Source of the DNA: a virus
Direction: 5' to 3' (one strand)
DNA length: 64,000 nucleotides
IMG/VR virus record: IMGVR_UViG_3300020156_000023
Coordinates: 1-64,000 of that record
Shown here: one piece after another, positions 1-8,916 of the stretch
Layout: each line of letters opens with the position of its first letter
How positions within the stretch are numbered: the stretch's first letter is position 1
Program-made: the position numbers and the translations under genes
The notes under the pieces: model-generated
Told to the model about the DNA's origin: nothing
What the model saw: only the letters and a program-made list of their open reading frames with translations
The model's database searches: none

Positions 1-1
1 T

Positions 2-478
2 AAAGAAGCTTACAAAAAAGAGGTAGAATTACTATCTGGTACTTTAACTGATATAGTTAAAGCTTTTGTACCTGAAGAACAAATCAAACAAGCTCTTGCA
101 ACTCCTATTAACTCTTTCAAAGATTATACACAAATCTTAGAAAGACTTGTTAAATCTGTTCCTAATTGGAATAAGGTTCCAGTTGATGTATTCTTAGAAT
201 ATCAATGGTCTCCATCAGGAGATAATGATAGGACTTTCTTAACACTTCCTAAGAATGTTAAGCATGGTCAATTCATTTCTAAGAGCTATGGTCCTGGATT
301 CAGGGAAGAAAGAACTTCAAGCTCACTTAAATACGTGAATGAGCAAGGAGAAGAACATCCATTCAAGAGAAATGAATGGTATTTAGGCTCAGACTTTGCA
401 AAGCAAACAGGTGTTGGTACTACTGAGACTAACAGCTCAGAAGGTGGAGCTATGCAATCATCTGGAGCTGCATGGTAA
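2..478 (+). CDS. 5'-truncated replication-module protein, possibly ssDNA-binding protein (not in ORF track)
   Basis: Frame 2 is open from the window edge to TAA 476-478 (KEAYKKEVELL...QSSGAAW*). Lies directly upstream of primase and ends in a flexible tail with a terminal aromatic residue, as in SSBs. Function is inferred. Confidence 0.55.
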   Translation, partial: KEAYKKEVELLSGTLTDIVKAFVPEEQIKQALATPINSFKDYTQILERLVKSVPNWNKVPVDVFLEYQWSPSGDNDRTFLTLPKNVKHGQFISKSYGPGFREERTSSSLKYVNEQGEEHPFKRNEWYLGSDFAKQTGVGTTETNSSEGGAMQSSGAAW

Positions 479-484
479 TAAACC

Positions 485-1534
485 ATGTATGGTTACTATA
501 AATATGCACCCTCTGTAACTCAAGAAGAAATTCTTAGTAAGGTAAGTCAGGAAGACATATTCAAAATAGTGATTAAAGAAGATATTATCCTTGATAAAGG
601 TGCTCTATACAGGGCACCTTACAGGGATGATAAACATCCAGATTGTTATTTTGAAAGGTATAATGGAGTCTTGTATTTCAAAGATTATGCAGATTTTGAA
701 GGTAAAGCTTCAAAGGATTGTTTTAATATGCTCGAAAGGTGTTTCAATATCAACTACTATGAGGCATTGAAGTATGTCAATGACTACTTCAATCTTGAGT
801 TAGGTGATAGTTCAAAAGAAGAGATTGGAAATACAGTAGAAGAAAGTAATATACAATACAATAGGAAAAAAATAACTATCACCTTTGCCCCAAGACCATT
901 TTCCAACAAAGATAAAAACTTTTGGGCACAATATGAAATTTCTCGTGATAATCTTGTAGAAGATAAAGTTATTCCTATTACTATGTATAAAAGCATGAGT
1001 AGGAAAGGTACACCTTTCTTAGTTAAACCTTTTGATATAGTTTATGCCTATACAGATTTTCCTGATAACAAAGTAAAAATATACAGACCACATTCTCCTA
1101 CAAAGGAGGGCAAATGGTTTACTAATTGTAACCAAAATGATATAGGTTGTATAAATGCTTTATCTAAATCAGGGGATTTGCTAATTATAACCAAGAGCTA
1201 TAAGGATTGTAGAGTTCTTAGAAACCAAGGATTAAATTCAGTATGGATACAAAGTGAAGGTGTTATACCTTCAGTGAAAATAATTAAAGACTTATGTGAA
1301 AGGTTCACAAATATTGTAGTGTGGTTTGATAATGACCAAACAGGATTAGCAAGAGCAAAAGCTCTGAAAGACTACATCAATGGAATAGTTCCAAATAAAG
1401 CCAACACAGTATTTCTTCCACCTAAACTCTTTAAAGAAGAGAACATAAAAGACCCATCTGATTACATAGCATCTAAAGGAAGAAAGGCTCTGAGAGACTT
1501 CTTAGTTCAAAAACAATTATTACATGAATCCTAA
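485..1534 (+). CDS. DNA primase (DnaG/Toprim, crAss-like)
   Basis: N-terminal APYRDDKHPDC motif; Toprim motifs IITKSYKD, WFDND and KDPSD. Confidence 0.85.
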   Translation: MYGYYKYAPSVTQEEILSKVSQEDIFKIVIKEDIILDKGALYRAPYRDDKHPDCYFERYNGVLYFKDYADFEGKASKDCFNMLERCFNINYYEALKYVNDYFNLELGDSSKEEIGNTVEESNIQYNRKKITITFAPRPFSNKDKNFWAQYEISRDNLVEDKVIPITMYKSMSRKGTPFLVKPFDIVYAYTDFPDNKVKIYRPHSPTKEGKWFTNCNQNDIGCINALSKSGDLLIITKSYKDCRVLRNQGLNSVWIQSEGVIPSVKIIKDLCERFTNIVVWFDNDQTGLARAKALKDYINGIVPNKANTVFLPPKLFKEENIKDPSDYIASKGRKALRDFLVQKQLLHES

Positions 1535-2165
1535 AGACAAAATTCATCCATCCTGGCAACCTCTAATAGATAATATTCTTGAAAAGGATGAAAACCTAAA
1601 AGTATTAAACCAACAGATACTCCCTAATATAAAATATTATCCTAAAGGAGAATATATATTTAATGTATTTCAAATGCCTGTAGAGGATATTAAAGTTGTC
1701 ATATTAGGTCAGGACCCATATCCAAGAGAGGGTCAAGCAATAGGTTATGCATTTGCAGTATCAAAAGAAACAAGTAAACCCGCATCACTCAGAATAATTG
1801 AAAGAGAAATTGGTCATGAAATAGACAAGACCTTATTTACATGGAGAGAACAAGGTGTGTTTCTGTTGAATACAGCATTAACTGTACAAGCTGGAAAAGC
1901 TGGTAGTCATTTAGGCTATTGGGACAATTTTATAAGACATGTGATTAATTACATTTCTAATGTAAATCCATGTATATGGTTGTTATGGGGAGTAAAGGCT
2001 CAAATATATTACAATATCTGTAATAGAGATGGTAATAGAGTAATAACAGCTCCACACCCTGCAGCAGAGACTTATAGTCCTGGAGCAGGTTTTATAGGAA
2101 GTAAATGCTTCCAAAAAGTAAATCAAATCCTTGAGAGTCAAGGTAAAAAGAAAATTAATTTTTAA
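1524..2165 (+). CDS. ung: Uracil-DNA glycosylase, family 1
   Basis: VILGQDPYP, GVFLLNTALTV, WLLWG and HPAA motifs. Confidence 0.95.
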   Translation: MNPKDKIHPSWQPLIDNILEKDENLKVLNQQILPNIKYYPKGEYIFNVFQMPVEDIKVVILGQDPYPREGQAIGYAFAVSKETSKPASLRIIEREIGHEIDKTLFTWREQGVFLLNTALTVQAGKAGSHLGYWDNFIRHVINYISNVNPCIWLLWGVKAQIYYNICNRDGNRVITAPHPAAETYSPGAGFIGSKCFQKVNQILESQGKKKINF

Positions 2166-2177
2166 AAACTATTTATT

Positions 2178-2501
2178 ATGGCTAATACAACAGAAGACAC
2201 AGCACAAGCTAACACTACAGCAGCTACTTATTTACAACTTATCTCTAAAGATGAGAAACAAGTAAAAGTTGAAGGTCTAACCATTAAAGCTCAAGAGGCT
2301 TCATTAGAAGTTTCAAGAGAGATTATGAATCTTAAGTCATCTATAGCTAAGAAAACTACTGAACTTGAGGCATCTAAGAGACAAATCCCTTATGATGTTA
2401 GGAGTGAGTACAAACTTACTAATGAGCTTCAAGAACTTAACAATAGGTTAGAGTTTGCTCAAGCTATCAAGTCTGAAAGATTTTCAGATGCTAATATATA
2501 A
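2178..2501 (+). CDS. Hypothetical coiled-coil protein
   Basis: 107 aa, heptad-rich helical sequence immediately upstream of the Ubl gene. Confidence 0.7.
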   Translation: MANTTEDTAQANTTAATYLQLISKDEKQVKVEGLTIKAQEASLEVSREIMNLKSSIAKKTTELEASKRQIPYDVRSEYKLTNELQELNNRLEFAQAIKSERFSDANI

Positions 2502-2556
2502 TTAGCAATAGTTAAGGGAAGAAACTATACAATATAAAAATTTAAATTTAAATAAA

Positions 2557-2976
2557 ATGAGAAAAGTTAAAATTTATTCAACAGTAGGTACTTCAGGTAC
2601 AATTGATACTAATGTAAGGACTTTAGGAGAGCTTAAACCTTTACTAAGACAACAAGGTATCAATTATGATGGTATGAAGATGTTAGTTGGAGAAACAAGG
2701 AATGAGTTAGGAGTTGATGAGGCAGTTCTGCCTGAAGGAGATTTCAAACTTTATCTAATGCCAGAGAAAACTAAATCTGGAATAGATACTGATGGGATAT
2801 TAGATGCATTGGATGAAGCTTCTGAAGCTATTGAGACTGCAAGAGCAGCAGTTATCAGAAGTATAAATGATAGACCAGCAACTAAGTCTATGTCCTATGA
2901 AGACCAGGAAGCTATGGAAGACCTTAGAAGGCTTGCAGGTGGTGGTTCTTCTTCAAGAAGTAATTCTTGGGATTAA
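2557..2976 (+). CDS. Ubiquitin-like (beta-grasp) protein precursor with C-terminal extension
   Basis: Residues 1-75 follow a beta-grasp pattern (RKVKIYS strand, TLGELKPLL helix, LPEGDFKLYLMP last strand) ending in KTKSG75, followed by a 64-aa extension. Adjacent to E2-like, JAB and E1 genes. Confidence 0.75.
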   Translation: MRKVKIYSTVGTSGTIDTNVRTLGELKPLLRQQGINYDGMKMLVGETRNELGVDEAVLPEGDFKLYLMPEKTKSGIDTDGILDALDEASEAIETARAAVIRSINDRPATKSMSYEDQEAMEDLRRLAGGGSSSRSNSWD

Positions 2977-2984
2977 TATTAATT

Positions 2985-3015
2985 AACGGGGCTAATAAAG
3001 CCCCGTTTTTCTTTT
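2985..3015 (+). terminator. Rho-independent terminator between Ubl and E2-like genes
   Basis: Stem AACGGGGCT / AGCCCCGTT, loop AATAA, followed by TTTCTTTT. Confidence 0.8.
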
Positions 3016-3028
3016 AATTTACTAAAAT

Positions 3029-4168
3029 ATGGATACAAGAGAATTACAATTATCTGGTAAAGCAAGGGATTATGCGTGGATGTTAGAGCAGTTTAACCAA
3101 GGTAAGTTAACAATAGGAGGAGTTCCTCTTAATAAAGTACATTTTGATAAATTAAGAGTATTTATTAAAGTTGCTAATGAAATTTATGAGAATGCTTGGG
3201 ATTTAGAAGTACTGCTTTATGGTAATAATATAGAAATCAAAGGTTTAGTTATTCATTTTCCTGAGATTACCATAAGAAATAGAAGTAATAGGAGACATAC
3301 TATAAAAGATTTGTTTGTAAAGTTACCTTTTTCTATTAATGGAGATACACTAAAAGTAAACTCACCTCAAGGTGGTAGAACCACTTGGACTCATGCAGAA
3401 TGGAGTTCAGATTATTCACATAGTCACTTATCTGGTATTAACAAAAGTTCAGGAGCACTCCCGCTTTATTCAGGCTTCTGTACAGGTTCAGGACATATTA
3501 ATGATTATATAGCTGATATTTGTAGTGGAGAATTTTCAGAAGAGCTTGTTACAAGCTTATTAGTACAAATAATGGGTCTTGCCTCTTATGAATCAATAGA
3601 GGGAACTCCTTATAGAACTATGTCAAGTATTTATGATAGAAGTGTTTCAAATGGTTCATTTTATATGGCACGAGATGCATATAAAACACTATATGATTTG
3701 CTTATGAACCATTATAAACATTATACAAAAGAATTACCTCCTATAGAATTTGGTGTAGAAACAGGTAAGTATTTTGTCAAAGATAATGATAAGTTTGATG
3801 AGTTTTTAAACTCTGTACCACTTACCCATGAGCAGAAACAAAGATATTTAGCTTTTATAGATAATACAGGAACTGCGTGGAGATATGGAGCCTCTCCTAC
3901 TGGAACTACAGTAGATACAAGCTTATATACTCCATATATTTTTAGAAGTCAGGAATATAGTGCTAACATAATATATCAAAGAAGAGAAGAAACAGAGGTT
4001 GAGTATAAAGTACACCCTCAAATTAGAAATCAAATAAAAAAGGAGATTGAATATGAAATCAACAGGAAAACAATTAGAAAGAGTACAATTGACAGATACA
4101 CAAATAAAGCTAGTGATGCCAGAAAGAGTGCTAAACCAAGTAAAGTACCTGTGCAGGCAAATAGCTAA
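3029..4168 (+). CDS. Prokaryotic E2 (UBC-like) conjugating enzyme candidate
   Basis: H131-S-H133 followed by FC151TG resembles the HPN/HPH...C signature of E2 folds. Sits between the Ubl and JAB/E1 genes. Confidence 0.6.
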   Translation: MDTRELQLSGKARDYAWMLEQFNQGKLTIGGVPLNKVHFDKLRVFIKVANEIYENAWDLEVLLYGNNIEIKGLVIHFPEITIRNRSNRRHTIKDLFVKLPFSINGDTLKVNSPQGGRTTWTHAEWSSDYSHSHLSGINKSSGALPLYSGFCTGSGHINDYIADICSGEFSEELVTSLLVQIMGLASYESIEGTPYRTMSSIYDRSVSNGSFYMARDAYKTLYDLLMNHYKHYTKELPPIEFGVETGKYFVKDNDKFDEFLNSVPLTHEQKQRYLAFIDNTGTAWRYGASPTGTTVDTSLYTPYIFRSQEYSANIIYQRREETEVEYKVHPQIRNQIKKEIEYEINRKTIRKSTIDRYTNKASDARKSAKPSKVPVQANS

Positions 4169-5384
4169 GGTAGAGTGGTCAGGAGTACTTTTCTATTCTG
4201 TAGAAGGTTCTATTAAAGAACCAGGTAAGATGGTACTTACCATAGAAGATATATTACCAATGCATAAAGGTACAAGTGCTTATACTGAATATACTTTTGA
4301 TGAGAGGGTAGTAGACTATATGATGGATAATGAAGTAATGGAAAAAGGTTGGAAAATGGGTCATGTGCATTCCCATAACACTATGGGTGTATTCTTCTCA
4401 GGTACTGATTGGAGTGAATTAGAGGATAATGCTCCTAACCATAATTTCTATCTGTCATTGATAGTAAATAACTTTATGGACTTCTGTGCTAAAGTGTGCT
4501 TTATAGTAGATTGTGATGAGAGTAAGGAATTTAGTTTCTCAGGTAAAGATGAGAATGGCCAAAGATATGTTTATACAACTGAATCCTATGGGGTTCCAGA
4601 TAAAAAGTTAGTTGTTTATGATTGTGCTATAGAATCCCCTAAGAATGAAATAGTAGTTGATGATAGTTTTGCTTCTAAAGTGGACCACATCATAGCAGAA
4701 GCTGAAAGAGTAACTGCCAGAACTACATTAACAACTGGAACTACAAGCCTTAAGAACTTTTTAGATAAAGAGAAAGGAGAGAATAGTAGTGTGGGAAAGT
4801 CTGGTACGCACCAGAGGAATGGAACGAATACTGGTGGTAAGAAAGGTAAAGGATGGTCAAGATGGCAAGACCAAATGGATGCATGGTCTGATAAATCTTG
4901 GCATCAAAAGATTGATGATGAACCTAAAGAAGAGATTAAAGCCTCTAAGAATTTTAAAAATGGTGGTCCTAATAATGAAGATGTTCTTTTGATGCATGTA
5001 AGTGATAGAGCTTATATTGATGCTATTGAAGCATTTTCAATGTATGTAGTAAATGGTGGTAATTCTACTGAAGAGTATGGAGACATAGATGATATTACAG
5101 AAATGTATATGCAACATAAAGTATCTGGAAAAGCTTTAGCATCCCATATATTAGAAAACTATTCTGATATGTATGATGCATTCTTTGAAAAGCTTGAAGA
5201 TAGGGATGATGCTAAACTATTTATAGATATTACAAAAGACCTTATAGATAATTTAGAATCTGAATGTGAAGTAACATTGTTGCCACAACAAGTAGAATTA
5301 ATAAGACCTGTTATATTTGCTTTAGAAAATATGATAAGAACTTTTGAGGCAGCAGCTGAAGGAAAAAATAAAATGATAATATAA
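4047..5384 (+). CDS. JAB/JAMM (MPN+) metallo-isopeptidase with long C-terminal extension
   Basis: Exact JAMM motif E43...H108-S-H110-x7-S118-x2-D121 (VEWSG...HVHSHNTMGVFFSGTD). The true start may be ATG 4053 or 4116. Confidence 0.9.
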   Translation: MNMKSTGKQLERVQLTDTQIKLVMPERVLNQVKYLCRQIAKVEWSGVLFYSVEGSIKEPGKMVLTIEDILPMHKGTSAYTEYTFDERVVDYMMDNEVMEKGWKMGHVHSHNTMGVFFSGTDWSELEDNAPNHNFYLSLIVNNFMDFCAKVCFIVDCDESKEFSFSGKDENGQRYVYTTESYGVPDKKLVVYDCAIESPKNEIVVDDSFASKVDHIIAEAERVTARTTLTTGTTSLKNFLDKEKGENSSVGKSGTHQRNGTNTGGKKGKGWSRWQDQMDAWSDKSWHQKIDDEPKEEIKASKNFKNGGPNNEDVLLMHVSDRAYIDAIEAFSMYVVNGGNSTEEYGDIDDITEMYMQHKVSGKALASHILENYSDMYDAFFEKLEDRDDAKLFIDITKDLIDNLESECEVTLLPQQVELIRPVIFALENMIRTFEAAAEGKNKMII

Positions 5385-5385
5385 T

Positions 5386-6090
5386 ATGACAGAATTACAT
5401 TCAAGTAGATTTAAAGATGCTCCATGGTTTCCTAAAGAGGAAACTTATGTAGTAATTGGAGGTTCAGGAGGAATAGGTTCGTGGTTAACTATATTACTTG
5501 CCAGAGCAGGATTCCTACCTATTATATATGATTTTGATACTATTGAAGAACATAATATAGGTGGGCAACTTTTTGGTAAGAAACATATAACTATGGCTAA
5601 AGTAGATGCTCTTAAAGAAATTGTAAAAGAGTTTACTGATACAGAAGTTACTGCAAATAATGAGAGATATACTTCAGAAAGTATGTCACATCACTATGTA
5701 TTCTCTGCTTTTGATAATATGAAAGCAAGGAGAGATATGTTTGATGCATGGAAAGCTTATGTAAAAGAATATCAGGAAGAGAACTTAGATAAAGAAAATT
5801 ATCAGGTTCCTGTATTCATAGATGGTAGGCTTACTATGGAACAATTAACTATCTTCTGTGTTACACCAGATAAGGTAGAGGAATATGAGAAACATTTATT
5901 TGATGATTCTGAGGTTGAGGATGCACCATGCACTCTTAAACAGACATCACATAGTGCAGCTATGATAGCTTCACATATGGTAGGTTTCTTTACAAACCAT
6001 ATGGCTAATAATGCTGTAGGGGAAGATGATAGAGCATTACCATTTAGGTGGGAATACTTTATACCAATTAATTATATAAATGAAGAATAA
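5386..6090 (+). CDS. E1-like ThiF/MoeB-family adenylyltransferase
   Basis: GGSGGIG nucleotide-binding loop, DFDTIEEHNIGGQ, AKV, FDNMKAR, IDGR, N-terminal Arg8 and candidate catalytic Cys182 (DAPCT). Confidence 0.9.
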   Translation: MTELHSSRFKDAPWFPKEETYVVIGGSGGIGSWLTILLARAGFLPIIYDFDTIEEHNIGGQLFGKKHITMAKVDALKEIVKEFTDTEVTANNERYTSESMSHHYVFSAFDNMKARRDMFDAWKAYVKEYQEENLDKENYQVPVFIDGRLTMEQLTIFCVTPDKVEEYEKHLFDDSEVEDAPCTLKQTSHSAAMIASHMVGFFTNHMANNAVGEDDRALPFRWEYFIPINYINEE

Positions 6091-6800
6091 TGATAATGAA
6101 TAGAATTAGTGATATAATTCATTTTAGAATGCCTTTTAATAGGGTAGGTAGTCATCCTGAAACAGGGAGAAGAACAATGTTACCTGGTTTCCCTGAAGAA
6201 GATTTTAGAACTGGATTAATAGGAACTTCCGACTGTAACACATTTATTCCAATCATTGCTTTAATGAATCATACTTTATTAGAGTTTGAAGATACAAAGG
6301 TAATAGAGTATTCTATGCCTATCTCAAGTCATGTATATAGTGCTACCAGACAATATAATACATTATTAGATGGTTTAGTGAGGGCTTCAAGACCAGTAAA
6401 GTTTGATTACAGGCTACAAGGTGTTTCACATACTTTATATGCTCATAGAGGTGTATTGTATAGTCAAGATGGCAAGATATTGATGTGTCTTGCTGTTGAT
6501 AGAGATTATGGTTTCACAATACCAATAAGTGAGTCAGAGCCTAATATAGAAATGGATACTACTAAATTTCTGTTGTTCATGACATCAGATTTTGATGCAC
6601 CTGAATATAAAAATGTTAAAAAAAAGCTTGAATCTTTATATGTAGAGAAATGTAAAGCTCATAACATTGATATAGTATATACTTCAAGGGTAGAACAATG
6701 GTTATTTAAAAATAACTTTAAGGTACCTGCATTCAAAAGTGTGATAGAAATGAATAAACATCTTAAAGAGGAAGTTCCTAAAAATCTTTTAATGGTTTAA
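6090..6800 (+). CDS. Hypothetical protein translationally coupled to E1
   Basis: TAATG stop/start overlap with E1; 236 aa; no motif recognised. Confidence 0.7.
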   Translation: MIMNRISDIIHFRMPFNRVGSHPETGRRTMLPGFPEEDFRTGLIGTSDCNTFIPIIALMNHTLLEFEDTKVIEYSMPISSHVYSATRQYNTLLDGLVRASRPVKFDYRLQGVSHTLYAHRGVLYSQDGKILMCLAVDRDYGFTIPISESEPNIEMDTTKFLLFMTSDFDAPEYKNVKKKLESLYVEKCKAHNIDIVYTSRVEQWLFKNNFKVPAFKSVIEMNKHLKEEVPKNLLMV

Positions 6801-6805
6801 GGAAT

Positions 6806-7219
6806 ATGCAAGAAGAAGAAAAAAGAAAAAATTACGGTAAAACAAACAAGAGGAAAGGTAGTGATGCTGAAAGAGTTTATGCAAAACTATTTAGAGACTT
6901 AGGATTTACCCATTGTAAGACAGCAAGGCTTGGTTCCAAGTTACATGATGATGCAGGTATAGATTTAATATTCTTACCTTTCAATGTACAAATCAAAGCT
7001 GGAAAGCAAACTGGTCTTAATCCTGGTAGAGAATTAAGGAGTATGCAAGATAAGATGGCTATTTTATTTCCCCCAACCTCTAGTGAACATTCTTATCCTA
7101 AATTAGTAATACACAGGAGAGAAGTAGGTTCAGGTAAAAGAAGAGGAGAATTTGATGATTTAGTTACTATGACCTTTGAGGATTTTGTTAAACTTATAAA
7201 CAAGATTGAGAAATGGTAA
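6806..7219 (+). CDS. Holliday-junction resolvase-like PD-(D/E)XK nuclease
   Basis: KGSDAER...GIDL...NVQIK pattern of Hjc-like phage resolvases. Confidence 0.7.
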   Translation: MQEEEKRKNYGKTNKRKGSDAERVYAKLFRDLGFTHCKTARLGSKLHDDAGIDLIFLPFNVQIKAGKQTGLNPGRELRSMQDKMAILFPPTSSEHSYPKLVIHRREVGSGKRRGEFDDLVTMTFEDFVKLINKIEKW

Positions 7220-8262
7220 ATCATATCACAGAATACTTCGAAGATAGCTCTGTATCTCAGTCACAGTTAAAACTGTTATTATCAGGTAGTCCAAGACTAT
7301 TTAATAATATAAGAGAACCTGAGTTATATTTTGAAGAAAAGAAACATTTCACTATAGGTTCTGCAGTAGATTGTTTACTTACTCAGAGTAATGAAGAGTT
7401 TAGAAGACAATATCATGTAACTGAATTAGAGAATAAACCTACTGATATCATGATGAGTATAATCAATAGAGTATTTGATAGCTTACCACCAGGTAGATAT
7501 CACCCTATTACTTCTATTGAGTATAAGCAGGCTATAATAGACTCAATACATGAACATGATTATAGGAGAACATGGAGTGATGATGTAAGATATTCTAAAG
7601 TTTGTGAGCACTATGAATATTGGGATGAATTAAGGAACTCTCAGGGTAAGATAATATTATCAAATGATGAATATTCCATAATATCTCAAATAGTTATGTC
7701 TCTCAGGACTTCTGAATATACTTCAGAATATTTCCAAGAAGGTAATGATATAGAAGTAATGTATCAGGTTCCTATTTATTGGGAGTATGATGGTGTAAGA
7801 TGTAAAGCTTTACTTGATATGGTTAGGATTGACCATAAAGCTAAGACAATACAACCTATTGATATTAAAACATTAGGAGATTATACAATTAATTTTCCTA
7901 AATCTGTAAGACAAAGAAGATATGATATTCAGGCAGCTTTTTACTCAGAAGCTTGTGTAACATTAAAAAATACCTTAAATTTGTGGGAGTATAAGATACT
8001 CCCATTTAAATTTCTGGTGGAATCTACTATAGAACCTGGAACACCTTTAGTATTTACCTGTGACTATGACTTGTACAAGACAGGTAGATATGGTAGTCCA
8101 GAGGTAGAGGTTTCAGGAGTTGTAATAAGGCAAGAGATTTTTGGTTTTGAGCATTTAATTAGATTGTATAAGTACCACCAGAGTAATGGATTTGAGAAAG
8201 ATAAAAGAGTTGTTGATAATAATCACCATTTCTTTATAAACTGGAATGGTATTATAAATTAA
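7213..8262 (+). CDS. PD-(D/E)XK exonuclease (RecE/exonuclease VIII-like)
   Basis: SQSQLK, IGSAVD, CKALLD, IDIKT and YDIQAAFY motifs. Confidence 0.8.
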   Translation: MVNHITEYFEDSSVSQSQLKLLLSGSPRLFNNIREPELYFEEKKHFTIGSAVDCLLTQSNEEFRRQYHVTELENKPTDIMMSIINRVFDSLPPGRYHPITSIEYKQAIIDSIHEHDYRRTWSDDVRYSKVCEHYEYWDELRNSQGKIILSNDEYSIISQIVMSLRTSEYTSEYFQEGNDIEVMYQVPIYWEYDGVRCKALLDMVRIDHKAKTIQPIDIKTLGDYTINFPKSVRQRRYDIQAAFYSEACVTLKNTLNLWEYKILPFKFLVESTIEPGTPLVFTCDYDLYKTGRYGSPEVEVSGVVIRQEIFGFEHLIRLYKYHQSNGFEKDKRVVDNNHHFFINWNGIIN

Positions 8263-8274
8263 AATTAAACTACT

Positions 8275-8916
8275 ATGCAAATACAAAGTGGGAAGTTGTA
8301 TGAGAATAGAACCTGGAAATATCTTTATCCTTGCTTAAAATACTATGGAACTGAACTGATAGATTACTTAGGAAACTTTTTCAAATTAGCCGTAGGAATA
8401 GGTGACTCTAATGTAACCACAGAAGGAAATTGTATTTTTATACTAATTGATACAAATATTAGACTTGTTACGGAAGGTGATGTAGCTTCTTATAAAAGAA
8501 GGTTCTCCAAATTTTTAGACTGGATAAAATATCAAGACTACTATGTTACTGATTATGTATTCACAGGACTTGATAGGACAGAGAAACATATGGTAGTATT
8601 AAAATTACCAGAAGTACACAATAATACATATCTATCTTTTATTAGGGGTAAGTATAGTGATATGTATAGTAAGGAAGATATAGATACTTATTTTAATATA
8701 TTACCTAATAAAGTAAATAATCCGAATGTAACAATAAGAAATGAAAGAGTAAAACAAGTAAAATCTATATTAAAAAAGGATAAGGAATTGGTTCCAGTGT
8801 TTGTTGAAAAAGTGAACAGAGAGTTCAGAACTACTGTAACAGTAGAAGATTTCAAAGATGCAGAATTGGATTTTCCAATTAATCTAAGTGAAGAGATATT
8901 TAATTATAAGGGTTGA
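8275..8916 (+). CDS. Hypothetical protein
   Basis: 213-aa ORF in operon context. Confidence 0.7.
   Translation: MQIQSGKLYENRTWKYLYPCLKYYGTELIDYLGNFFKLAVGIGDSNVTTEGNCIFILIDTNIRLVTEGDVASYKRRFSKFLDWIKYQDYYVTDYVFTGLDRTEKHMVVLKLPEVHNNTYLSFIRGKYSDMYSKEDIDTYFNILPNKVNNPNVTIRNERVKQVKSILKKDKELVPVFVEKVNREFRTTVTVEDFKDAELDFPINLSEEIFNYKG

Noticed and set aside
4036-4042. A-AAA-AAG slippery heptamer near the E2/JAB overlap, suggesting a frameshift fusion
   Set aside because: JAB is in the +1 frame relative to E2. A -1 slip meets TGA within three codons, so no E2-JAB fusion results.
5386-6090. ThiF as a thiamine/molybdopterin biosynthesis or microcin-maturation gene
   Set aside because: No thiG/thiS/moaE/sulfurtransferase or peptide-export genes nearby; the neighbours are JAB, E2-like and Ubl genes.
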